A stretch of DNA of 50,989 nucleotides, from the IMG/VR virus record IMGVR_UViG_3300006755_000004, positions 1 through 50,989 of that record, one strand, 5' to 3'. Both the position numbers and the translations under genes were made by a program. Positions 17,577 through 24,280 of the stretch are shown in pieces. The notes beneath the pieces were generated by a model. It was not told the DNA's origin and made no database searches. It saw only the letters and a list, made by a program, of their open reading frames with translations. Origin of the DNA: a virus. Taxonomy: Duplodnaviria; Caudoviricetes. Positions within the stretch are counted from its first letter, which is position 1, and every line of letters starts with the position of its first letter.

Positions 17577-17605
17577 ACTATGCGCCATATCTGGGTCCGA
17601 GGCAA
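17577..17605 (-). promoter_or_regulatory. sigma70-type promoter driving ncRNA A (TTGCCT-17-CATAGT)
   Basis: Exact 17-nt spacing; same -35 as the promoter at 21604-21632; upstream CCTACCTG/CAGGTAGG inverted repeat and A-tract. Confidence 0.7.
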
Positions 17606-17773
17606 CAACGCCCCTACCTGGTCAAACGCCGTGTTTGCGCAGGTAGGGGCATGTGCGAACTTCCTCGAAGTTTTTTTGACTTTCTTCGTTTCCGCAGGCC
17701 GGCATGAGTGCGACGCGTCATGGGGCGAATCGGGCGAACCCTATCGTCAACGGCGATTCACCCGGCCTCCGGC

Positions 17774-18175
17774 CTACCAGCAGCCGCCGTGGATTGGCGT
17801 GAACTTCATCGCGTCGCCTTCGGCGAGGAGCGCGGCCTTGTGGTACGTCGCCCAGCTGGTGGTGTACCAGACGTCGTCGTCCTTGGACGAGCCGTTGACG
17901 TTGTCCAGCTCCACACAGTACAGCGCAGGCTTGGCATGCTGGTCGATGACCTTCTTCCAGGCCACGACCGTGCGGTACGACTTGCACTTGCCGTTAACCT
18001 TGCGCGTGCACTCCTTGCTGGTGGTCTTGACCTTGTGGCTGCGCTCGGCCACGGCCTTGGTGGACTTGATGTCGTCGCGCAGGCCGTGCACGCTTGTGAT
18101 GGCCGGTGCCTTGGCGCTGCACGCGCTGATGCCGGCAATCGCGACGAAGATGACGGGCGCGGTCCTGATCCGCAT
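17774..18175 (-). CDS. putative lipoprotein
   Basis: Signal peptide with lipobox-like GISAC; AAGGA RBS. Confidence 0.7.
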   Translation of the reverse strand: MRIRTAPVIFVAIAGISACSAKAPAITSVHGLRDDIKSTKAVAERSHKVKTTSKECTRKVNGKCKSYRTVVAWKKVIDQHAKPALYCVELDNVNGSSKDDDVWYTTSWATYHKAALLAEGDAMKFTPIHGGCW

Positions 18176-18205
18176 GGGGTTCCTTCGCTCGTGTAAGGGG
18201 ATGGA

Positions 18206-18240
18206 GCGCCCCGGTCGGGCCGGTTGCCTGACCGGGGCTC
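18206..18240 (-). terminator. hairpin, probable terminator
   Basis: GCCCCGGTCGGGC...GCCTGACCGGGGC inverted repeat. Confidence 0.55.
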
Positions 18241-18270
18241 GTTCGCTCGTTACGTGGCCGCGTAGGGCGG

Positions 18271-18615
18271 CTAGAGGGGCACGAGGTCGTACAGCTTCCC
18301 GTCCGAGTCGCGCACGACGCGGGTGCCGTCCTCCTTCTCGCCCACCAGCTCGAAGTGCAGGTCCTTGCCGGCATCCGGGTTGGCTCGCTGCGGGAAGCCG
18401 GAGTTGTCGAGCGACTCCAGACGCCAGCTGTTGCCGGCAGACAGCACGGTGATGTTCATGCCGCCGTCCGTCATCAGGAAGCGCACGGCGTTGCGGACCG
18501 AGGACTCCTGGGCTCCCTTGGGCAGCCGGTTCATGATGTCCTGGAGCGTGACGACCTTGCCCACGTTGTTGGACAGAACCTCGACGACGGTCGGACGGGT
18601 CTGGATGCGAGTCAT
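18271..18615 (-). CDS. winged-helix-like DNA-binding protein
   Basis: VVEVLSNNVGKVVTLQDIMNRLP...SVRNAVRFL...WRL pattern; AAGGAGG RBS. Confidence 0.6.
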   Translation of the reverse strand: MTRIQTRPTVVEVLSNNVGKVVTLQDIMNRLPKGAQESSVRNAVRFLMTDGGMNITVLSAGNSWRLESLDNSGFPQRANPDAGKDLHFELVGEKEDGTRVVRDSDGKLYDLVPL

Positions 18616-18635
18616 TGTGCAGTCCTCCTTGGGGA

Positions 18636-19049
18636 CTAGTTGTTGCTGTCGTTGCGCTGTGCCGGGACGGTGCCCTCGGCGTCCTTGGCCTGGTACATGC
18701 GGGCCGGTCCGAACTCGACCTTGCCCTCGTGCTCCAGGACGCGCCACACGGCCGCGCGCTCCATCTCGTTGAGCCTGCCGCCCTTGGCGATCTCGAACTG
18801 GTGCTCGGCCATGGCGAACAGGAACAGCGCGCGGAGCTGCATCAGCGAGCTGTAGGCCAGGCCCTGGCGGACGTGCGGGCGGGTCTGCTCGCGCTTCTGC
18901 TTGGATCCGAGCCGGTACATCGCCAGCTGGTACTCGGTGGCGAACTGCAGGTGCTCCTCGAACGTGTTCGGGTCGAGCGGCATGCCCGTTGCCTCGGCCA
19001 CGGTCTCGGCGTCGAACGCCACCTGGATCCTGTGCTTGCGGTCGTACAT
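18636..19049 (-). CDS. hypothetical protein (137 aa)
   Basis: MYDRKHRIQ...; AAGGAGG RBS after HH5. Confidence 0.75.
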   Translation of the reverse strand: MYDRKHRIQVAFDAETVAEATGMPLDPNTFEEHLQFATEYQLAMYRLGSKQKREQTRPHVRQGLAYSSLMQLRALFLFAMAEHQFEIAKGGRLNEMERAAVWRVLEHEGKVEFGPARMYQAKDAEGTVPAQRNDSNN

Positions 19050-19064
19050 GTTGGTCCTCCTTCG

Positions 19065-19117
19065 GGACTCTTCAGGAGTGCCGTCCAGCACCCGACCTCC
19101 TTTCGGAGGTTTCGTCC
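19065..19117 (-). ncRNA. type II hammerhead ribozyme HH5 (minimal)
   Basis: GGAC-GAAA-CCTCC-GAAA-GGAGG-TC^GGGTGC-TGGACG-GCACTC-CTGAAGA-GTCC; cut 19094/19093. Confidence 0.95.
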
Positions 19118-19121
19118 TTGG

Positions 19122-19310
19122 TCACATGTCGTTGAGAACCTGCCGGATGCAGTCCTCGCTCATGAAGGGGTAGTCGCGGCGGATGAGCTCCGCGATCTGA
19201 GCCTTCTGGTTCAGCGACGGCGACGCCGCCTGGAGGGGCGCAGCGCTGCGATCAGCTCGCCCAGGAAGTCGGCGAGCAAGTCGATGAAGAACATCGCGCA
19301 CCTGCCTCAC
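19122..19310 (-). CDS. hypothetical protein; frame ambiguous (an overlapping 27-aa ORF MFFIDLL...RRRRRR is also possible)
   Basis: GTGA coupling to the upstream ORF; the alternative ATG has an RBS-like sequence. Confidence 0.35.
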   Translation of the reverse strand: MRQVRDVLHRLARRLPGRADRSAAPLQAASPSLNQKAQIAELIRRDYPFMSEDCIRQVLNDM

Positions 19311-19465
19311 TGTCCAGCCGGAGGACCGAACAGGTCCTGCGCGTCGGCGTCCGGCGGCTGCACCTGCTCCGTGGGCGTGTGGCCTCGCGTCTCCGCCTGG
19401 ATGACCGGGTCAGCCTCCGGAGGGGCGGCGGGCTCGTGGCCGTTGTGCGGGGTGGGGACGCTCAC
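19307..19465 (-). CDS. Pro-rich hypothetical peptide
   Basis: GTG start overlapping the upstream stop; AAGGAG RBS. Confidence 0.5.
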   Translation of the reverse strand: MSVPTPHNGHEPAAPPEADPVIQAETRGHTPTEQVQPPDADAQDLFGPPAGQ

Positions 19466-19686
19466 TTGCTGATCTCCTTCTTGGTCACCGGGATGAGGAG
19501 CCCATGCTCGCTCATCGACACCATCTTGCAGAATCCGACGAGCTCCCGCACGATGCGGGGCGGGGCGCTGTGGATGACGACATAGTCCTTGTTGACCACC
19601 CCGTCGAAGATCGCGAACGTCGACATCTTGATGAGGCCGTCGGCGTTCATGATGTAGTCGTACACGGCCTTGCGGTCGTTGTCCAT
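19462..19686 (-). CDS. hypothetical protein (74 aa)
   Basis: AAGGAGG RBS. Confidence 0.7.
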   Translation of the reverse strand: MDNDRKAVYDYIMNADGLIKMSTFAIFDGVVNKDYVVIHSAPPRIVRELVGFCKMVSMSEHGLLIPVTKKEISK

Positions 19687-19704
19687 CTCGTCCTCCTTGG
19701 GGAC

Positions 19705-19863
19705 TTAGGCCAGCTCCATGCCGGCATCGTATCCGCACTGGGCATGGGCCCACACGGTCTGTGCATTCTCGCGATCGATGAACAGCCCCATCTCGTTGTC
19801 CGCGTCCTCGTCGCAGAGCTGGCAGCTGTCATCGTCCATGAGCTCGCGCTCGTCCTCGTCCAT
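19705..19863 (-). CDS. small acidic Cys/His protein
   Basis: MDEDERELMDDDSCQLC...HAQC; TGATG coupling. Confidence 0.55.
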   Translation of the reverse strand: MDEDERELMDDDSCQLCDEDADNEMGLFIDRENAQTVWAHAQCGYDAGMELA

Positions 19864-20177
19864 CAGATCGCGTCCACCTTGTCGAGGTAACGCCGGAGCG
19901 CGGCGCGCACCGACTGCGGCTTGACGCCGTAGCGGCGTGCTAGGCGGCCTACCGAGTGGCAGTCGCCGCCTTCCTTCAGGAACGCTCCGTAGAGCTGTGC
20001 ACCGCCCAGCGGGAGCCTCTTGTAGGGCCGAGGCTTGCGGCCGGTTGCCCGCACGATGACCTTGCGGATCGTGCTCTCGTTGACGCCCAACGCACGGGCG
20101 GTCGCCGAGTTGTTCTGGTCGTGCCTACGCCACGTCTTAACGACCTCGTCGTCGCTCGGCAGCGGGATCAGACCCAT
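19863..20177 (-). CDS. HTH DNA-binding protein (two HTH-like units)
   Basis: NNSATARALGVNESTIRK and VGRLARRYGVKPQSVRAAL; AGGAGG RBS after HH6. Confidence 0.7.
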   Translation of the reverse strand: MGLIPLPSDDEVVKTWRRHDQNNSATARALGVNESTIRKVIVRATGRKPRPYKRLPLGGAQLYGAFLKEGGDCHSVGRLARRYGVKPQSVRAALRRYLDKVDAI

Positions 20178-20192
20178 GACCATCCTCCTGGG

Positions 20193-20263
20193 GGACTCGT
20201 CAGTACGGCCACTCAGCCGCAGACCGCCCCGGTCCTGTGGTAGCGACCGGGGCGGTTTCGTCC
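20193..20263 (-). ncRNA. type II hammerhead ribozyme HH6
   Basis: GGAC-GAAA-CCGCCCCGGTC-(10)-GACCGGGGCGG-TC^TGCGGC-TGAGTG-GCCGTA-CTGACGA-GTCC; cut 20222/20221. Confidence 0.94.
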
Positions 20264-20274
20264 TGGGGTGTTGC

Positions 20275-20868
20275 TCAGTTGTCCAGCGCGCCGCAGCAGG
20301 GCTTGGCGTCGTAGGCCATGTAGTTGTCCTCCAGGCTGGACTCGCCGGAGTCGATCATGTCCGAGTAGATCAGGTGGGTCAGCTCGGTGTGGCTGCTGAC
20401 CAGCGCGGTCTCCTTGGAGAAGCCCTGCTTCGCGGTCTTCTTCTTGGCGTCGGCGCACCCGAACTTGTGGACCTCGGGCTCGTTGCCGCCGTAGATCACC
20501 GTCAGCTTGACCGGCTCGCTGGGCTCCTCGGCCTTGACCTCGACCGGAGCCTCCTCGGCCTTCGGCTCCTCGGCCTTGACCTCGCCCTTGATCTCGGCCA
20601 GCATCTTCTCCAGCTTGGCCTTCTTGCGCTCGGCCGACGCCTTCTTCAGCTCGGCCGCCTTGGCCTTGCGCTCGGCCAGGCTCTTCTGGTTCTCCGGGCT
20701 GGCCTGGAAGTCCATCCGGAAGGAGACCGCGAGCTGGACCGTCTTGACGTCGACCTTGACCCCGGTCTGGATGTACAGCCAGTGTGCGAAGTCCTCGTGC
20801 AGCTGGGTGGGAGCCTTCTTGGCGAGCTCTTCGAAGTTCTTCGGGGTCTTGGGGGAGTTGGCAGCCAT
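20275..20868 (-). CDS. Lys/Ala/Glu-rich protein, paralog family member 3, with extra C-terminal domain
   Basis: LHEDFAHWLYIQTG...DVKTVQLAVSFRMDFQASPENQ. Confidence 0.8.
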   Translation of the reverse strand: MAANSPKTPKNFEELAKKAPTQLHEDFAHWLYIQTGVKVDVKTVQLAVSFRMDFQASPENQKSLAERKAKAAELKKASAERKKAKLEKMLAEIKGEVKAEEPKAEEAPVEVKAEEPSEPVKLTVIYGGNEPEVHKFGCADAKKKTAKQGFSKETALVSSHTELTHLIYSDMIDSGESSLEDNYMAYDAKPCCGALDN

Positions 20869-20911
20869 GGTGTCCTCCTTGGGGACTCGTTCGGTTGGCC
20901 TTACAGTAAGA

Positions 20912-20940
20912 ACTATACTCCATATGGAGCCAGTTGGCTA
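20912..20940 (-). promoter_or_regulatory. repeated early promoter (TAGCCA-17-TATAGT)
   Basis: Consensus ...ATGGAG-TATAGT with 17-nt spacer. Confidence 0.7.
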
Positions 20941-20961
20941 CTCTGGAGTGCAACTTGTTTG

Positions 20962-20999
20962 CCGGCAAGCCGGGGAGCTGGTGGGCTCCCCGGCTGCCA
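20962..20999 (-). terminator. hairpin, probable terminator
   Basis: AGCCGGGGAGC...GCTCCCCGGCT inverted repeat. Confidence 0.55.
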
Positions 21000-21011
21000 G
21001 TCGCGCTAGTT

Positions 21012-21197
21012 TCAGCGCTGGATCTCGTCGGGACCGGGCGTCCCGAGCGGGTTGTCGACCTGGATCAGGTCCCGGCCGTCCGAGTCGGTCGGCAGGGGCC
21101 GGTTGGTGATCTGGTCGCCGCTCTTGACCTCGGCCTTGGGGCCGGGGCTGCCGGGCGGGTTGCTCGCCTGCGGGACGCGCTTGGGCAGGATGCCCAT
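21012..21197 (-). CDS. Pro-rich hypothetical protein (61 aa)
   Basis: MGILPKRVPQ...; AAGGAG RBS after HH7. Confidence 0.65.
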   Translation of the reverse strand: MGILPKRVPQASNPPGSPGPKAEVKSGDQITNRPLPTDSDGRDLIQVDNPLGTPGPDEIQR

Positions 21198-21213
21198 GGT
21201 GTTCTCCTTCGTG

Positions 21214-21278
21214 AGACTCCTCAGGACCGCCATCCAGCGGCCGACCCTCGGGGCGTTGCCGCCCGTCGGGTTTCGTCT
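21214..21278 (-). ncRNA. type II hammerhead ribozyme HH7
   Basis: AGAC-GAAA-CCC..GGGCG-GCAA-CGCCC..GGG-TC^GGCCGC-TGGATG-GCGGTC-CTGAGGA-GTCT; compensatory A-U pair in stem II; cut 21243/21242. Confidence 0.92.
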
Positions 21279-21597
21279 TTGGTATTCGCATGCCGGCATC
21301 TCCGGCACTGCGTTCGCTCCGCCCTCGCGCCTTGCCAACCTCTCGGATGTTCTCTCGTGGGGTGGCTGGTTCCGTGTCTCCCTAGCCAGTCCCGCGTCCG
21401 TCCCCGAGGAGTTGCGCGCTACTACCTTCGCTGCCGTTTTCTTGTGGAGGGTCGGTGCCCTGTCTCCGACGCTGCATTTGCTGCTACCGACCTGTCGCCT
21501 GGCCGCCTTGCTCGGTGTTCGCGTTCTTCGGGTGGAGCCTCGACCGTCGGCTGGAGTCGCCGTCCCGGGAGCTTCGCTCGCCGCCCTCTCGCTTACA
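21279..21597 (-). ncRNA. candidate large structured ncRNA B (paralog of 17150-17570)
   Basis: About 320 nt between a promoter and HH7; homologous blocks shared with copy A. Confidence 0.6.
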
Positions 21598-21603
21598 GGA
21601 CTA

Positions 21604-21632
21604 ATCATGCTCCAGATCCACGAGAAAGGCAA
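21604..21632 (-). promoter_or_regulatory. sigma70-type promoter driving ncRNA B (TTGCCT-17-CATGAT)
   Basis: Duplicate of the 17577-17605 architecture. Confidence 0.7.
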
Positions 21633-21892
21633 CAACCCGTCTACCTGGTCAAACATGATGAATGCCCTGGTAGGAGGCTTGCCGGCATTCTGAAAGTTTT
21701 TTGAAGAACTTTCGTTTGACCAGGCCGGCATGAGTGCGTGGAACGAATCGGGTCGAATCGGGCTCAGCCCCGGTGCGCGGTCCTACGTGGCCCGTAGGCG
21801 GCTCCGCGCGGGCTCGCCGGGGCAACGGGGCTCCCGCGCGCTGCGCGCTCGCGTACGGGGCGCGTAGGGGTGCGCACGGCCCCACAACGCGA

Positions 21893-21927
21893 GAGAGCCC
21901 CGCTCCCTGGTTCGGGGCGGGGCTCTC
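21893..21927 (-). terminator. hairpin terminator
   Basis: GAGAGCCCCGC...GCGGGGCTCTC just after the 21944 stop. Confidence 0.65.
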
Positions 21928-21943
21928 GGTGGGGCGGGGTTGG

Positions 21944-22309
21944 TCAGTCGCGGTCGGCGCAGCGGTTGAGCTCGCGGAGCGCCTTCTGCATCGCCTTGCG
22001 CTCGTAGGCCTCACGAGCATTCTGGATGCCGGAGGTCGAGCCGCCGACGTTGCCCTCGATGAGCTGCTCGGTGGCGTCCACCATCCAGTCCTCGATGCCT
22101 CGCTTGCCGGCACGGTTCCAGCGGGTCTGCAGCTTGGCGGTCAGGTCGGCGTTGGCCTGCGCCTCCAGCAGGTTCTCCATCGTGCCCGGCAGGACCATCT
22201 CGCCAGCGGCGAACGCGTCGGTGAAGCGGGCCTGGACGGTCAGCAGCTGCTTCGCGGCGGAGAGGGCCAGGAGCTCGACGGTCTTCGCGGTCTTCTCGGA
22301 GTTCAGCAT
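21944..22309 (-). CDS. hypothetical protein, cassette gene
   Basis: Own promoter, GAAGCCCCAAGGAGG RBS and terminator. Confidence 0.75.
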   Translation of the reverse strand: MLNSEKTAKTVELLALSAAKQLLTVQARFTDAFAAGEMVLPGTMENLLEAQANADLTAKLQTRWNRAGKRGIEDWMVDATEQLIEGNVGGSTSGIQNAREAYERKAMQKALRELNRCADRD

Positions 22310-22354
22310 TGGGTGCCTCCTTGGGGCTTCGTTCCGGTTGGCCTTACGAGAACT

Positions 22355-22383
22355 ACTATACTCCAGTCTGGAGGTTCGCGCTA
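22355..22383 (-). promoter_or_regulatory. repeated early promoter (TAGCGC-17-TATAGT)
   Basis: Consensus match. Confidence 0.7.
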
Positions 22384-22414
22384 CTCCAGATCGAAGATTC
22401 TTTCTACTGCCTCA

Positions 22415-22443
22415 GGCCCGCACCCCGGTGTGGGATGCGGGCC
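22415..22443 (-). terminator. hairpin terminator
   Basis: GGCCCGCA...TGCGGGCC. Confidence 0.55.
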
Positions 22444-22461
22444 GGTTGCCGGCAGTTGCGC

Positions 22462-22821
22462 TCAGCCCTCCAGCGCGGGGCTCGGGGGCGTGTAGCCCGT
22501 CCGCTCGATCGCCACGATCAGCATCGCCCGCAGCGCGGGGACGTCGGGCGAGTCCGAGTTGACCACGTCGTCGTACAGCTCACGCGCGGTCGCCTCCAGG
22601 TCGGTCACCAGCTCCATGCACTCCGGGACCATCGAGTCGTACAACGCGCAGCTGCAGTAGCTGTTCGAGCCGCACCCGCAGCCCGTCGCCTTGAGCGAGA
22701 ACAGCTCGCCCGTCTCGTCCTTGATCACCAGCATCGCGACGCCCGCAAGGTCGTACCGCTCCTGCGTGATGTCCACGTCGCCGAGGACCGTGTAACCGGG
22801 GATCGTGTAGTCGCTGCTCAT
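22462..22821 (-). CDS. hypothetical Cys-cluster protein, cassette gene
   Basis: MSSDYTIPG...ATGCGCGSNSYCSC; GAAGCCCCAAGGAGG RBS. Confidence 0.7.
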   Translation of the reverse strand: MSSDYTIPGYTVLGDVDITQERYDLAGVAMLVIKDETGELFSLKATGCGCGSNSYCSCALYDSMVPECMELVTDLEATARELYDDVVNSDSPDVPALRAMLIVAIERTGYTPPSPALEG

Positions 22822-22859
22822 GGCCGCCTCCTTGGGGCTTCGTTCGGGATGTTGATAGA

Positions 22860-22888
22860 ACCTTACTCCATCTGCACAACGGGCGCTA
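22860..22888 (-). promoter_or_regulatory. repeated early promoter (TAGCGC-17-TAAGGT)
   Basis: Spacer contains the conserved TGTGCAGATGGAG. Confidence 0.65.
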
Positions 22889-22917
22889 CCCCTTTGTGCA
22901 GATTTCTTGCCGGCAAG

Positions 22918-22954
22918 GGCGGAGCCCCGGCTCCCTGGGGAACCGGGGCTCGCC
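22918..22954 (-). terminator. hairpin terminator
   Basis: GAGCCCCGG...CCGGGGCTC. Confidence 0.6.
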
Positions 22955-22964
22955 TTCGGGTTGG

Positions 22965-23288
22965 TCAGACGGTGCCCGGCTCGACCGGGATGATCGCCTT
23001 GGTCCCTCGGAACTCGCCAGCGTCGACGTACGCGCCGAGCTCCGTCTGCATGAGCGTTGCCAGCCACGTGGCGTCCATGTGGTCGGGAACCTCCCAGAAC
23101 CCGTCCAGTGCGACCTGCTCGTCGATCGCGTTCAGCAGCTCGTCGCGCTTGGCGACCAGCATGTCGAGCGTGTTCTCCTTGAGCAGGGTCGGCACGACCG
23201 GGTTGAGCCGGTTGAGGTCGTACGACAGCACAGACACCTGGATGGCGACCTGGTGCTTCTCGTGCTCGATGGAGTGGATCTCGCTCAT
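22965..23288 (-). CDS. hypothetical protein, cassette gene
   Basis: CCCCCAGGAGG RBS; own promoter and terminator. Confidence 0.72.
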   Translation of the reverse strand: MSEIHSIEHEKHQVAIQVSVLSYDLNRLNPVVPTLLKENTLDMLVAKRDELLNAIDEQVALDGFWEVPDHMDATWLATLMQTELGAYVDAGEFRGTKAIIPVEPGTV

Positions 23289-23342
23289 CGGGGCCTCCTG
23301 GGGGCCTCGGGGCCGACCCTCGCGGTCGGCCTTACACTAAGA

Positions 23343-23371
23343 ACTATACCCCATCTGCACATGCGTGGAAA
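23343..23371 (-). promoter_or_regulatory. repeated early promoter (TTTCCA-17-TATAGT)
   Basis: Spacer ATGTGCAGATGGGG. Confidence 0.7.
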
Positions 23372-23449
23372 CCCCTCGGGGCAACTTTGTGCAGAATCAG
23401 TAGGTGGCCGTTTGCCGGCATGCCGGCACGAGGCCGGACGCGGGTAGCC

Positions 23450-23483
23450 GAGAGGCCCTCTTCGGCTGTGGAGAGGGCCTCTC
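23450..23483 (-). terminator. hairpin terminator
   Basis: GAGAGGCCCTCT...AGAGGGCCTCTC. Confidence 0.65.
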
Positions 23484-23498
23484 TGGGCTCGGGCGGGG

Positions 23499-24209
23499 TC
23501 AGCAGGAGACGCAGACCCGGAACTCCTTCCGCGTGCACTGGCCGTAGTAGGTCGGGCCGGTCCGCTCGATCGGCTCGGTGCGGATCTTGGTGTTGGCGTA
23601 GGTGACCGGCTGCCGGCAGTCGGCGCAGATGGTCTTGGTGTAGGTCCACTCGAAGCGGTAGTCCTCCGGGACCGAGCCCGGCTTGTGCAGCTCGGTGGCG
23701 TCCGTGCCCTGTCGGGTCGCGTCGATGCCGGGGACCTGGACGACGTAGGTGAAGCGCTCGGTGCCGAACCTACGGTGCTCGCCGTGGTCGACGACCCGGA
23801 CGACCTCGACCTCTCCGGCGGGGCAGCGGTAGCCGTGGGGGCGCTCGCCCGGCAGGAAGAACAGCTTGTCGCCGACCTGGTGCTCGGCACCCTCGACGAT
23901 CTCCGGCTTGGACTCCTCGACCGGCGCGGTGGCGGCGGCCTCGGCCTCCAGGGCGGCCAGCGCGGCCTTCTCGCAGGTCTTGCAGACCTTGCGGCCACCG
24001 GTGATGCGGGCGGCGTCCAGCGCGTCCTGGATGCGCTCGTAGCTGGCTCCCTGGGCCAGACGGCCACGGGTCAGGACGCCACAGGCGTTCTCGGCGTAGT
24101 AGGCGACGACCCCGGTCTCGTTGATGTTCGCGTCGCTCTGGTTGCTCGTGGTCTTGCAGGCGATTCCGGCGATGTGGTTGGTGGCTCGGTTGTAGCGGAT
24201 GCTGAACAT
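23499..24209 (-). CDS. hypothetical multi-domain Zn-binding protein, cassette gene
   Basis: MFSIRYNRATNHI...CKTCEK...CADC...CVSC; GAGGAGG RBS. Confidence 0.72.
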   Translation of the reverse strand: MFSIRYNRATNHIAGIACKTTSNQSDANINETGVVAYYAENACGVLTRGRLAQGASYERIQDALDAARITGGRKVCKTCEKAALAALEAEAAATAPVEESKPEIVEGAEHQVGDKLFFLPGERPHGYRCPAGEVEVVRVVDHGEHRRFGTERFTYVVQVPGIDATRQGTDATELHKPGSVPEDYRFEWTYTKTICADCRQPVTYANTKIRTEPIERTGPTYYGQCTRKEFRVCVSC

Positions 24210-24251
24210 TGGGTGCCTCCTCGGGGCTCCGTTCCCTGCCTTACGAGAGTA

Positions 24252-24280
24252 ACTATACTCCATCTGCACATGCCGCGCTA
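24252..24280 (-). promoter_or_regulatory. repeated early promoter (TAGCGC-17-TATAGT)
   Basis: Spacer GGCATGTGCAGATGGAG. Confidence 0.72.
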
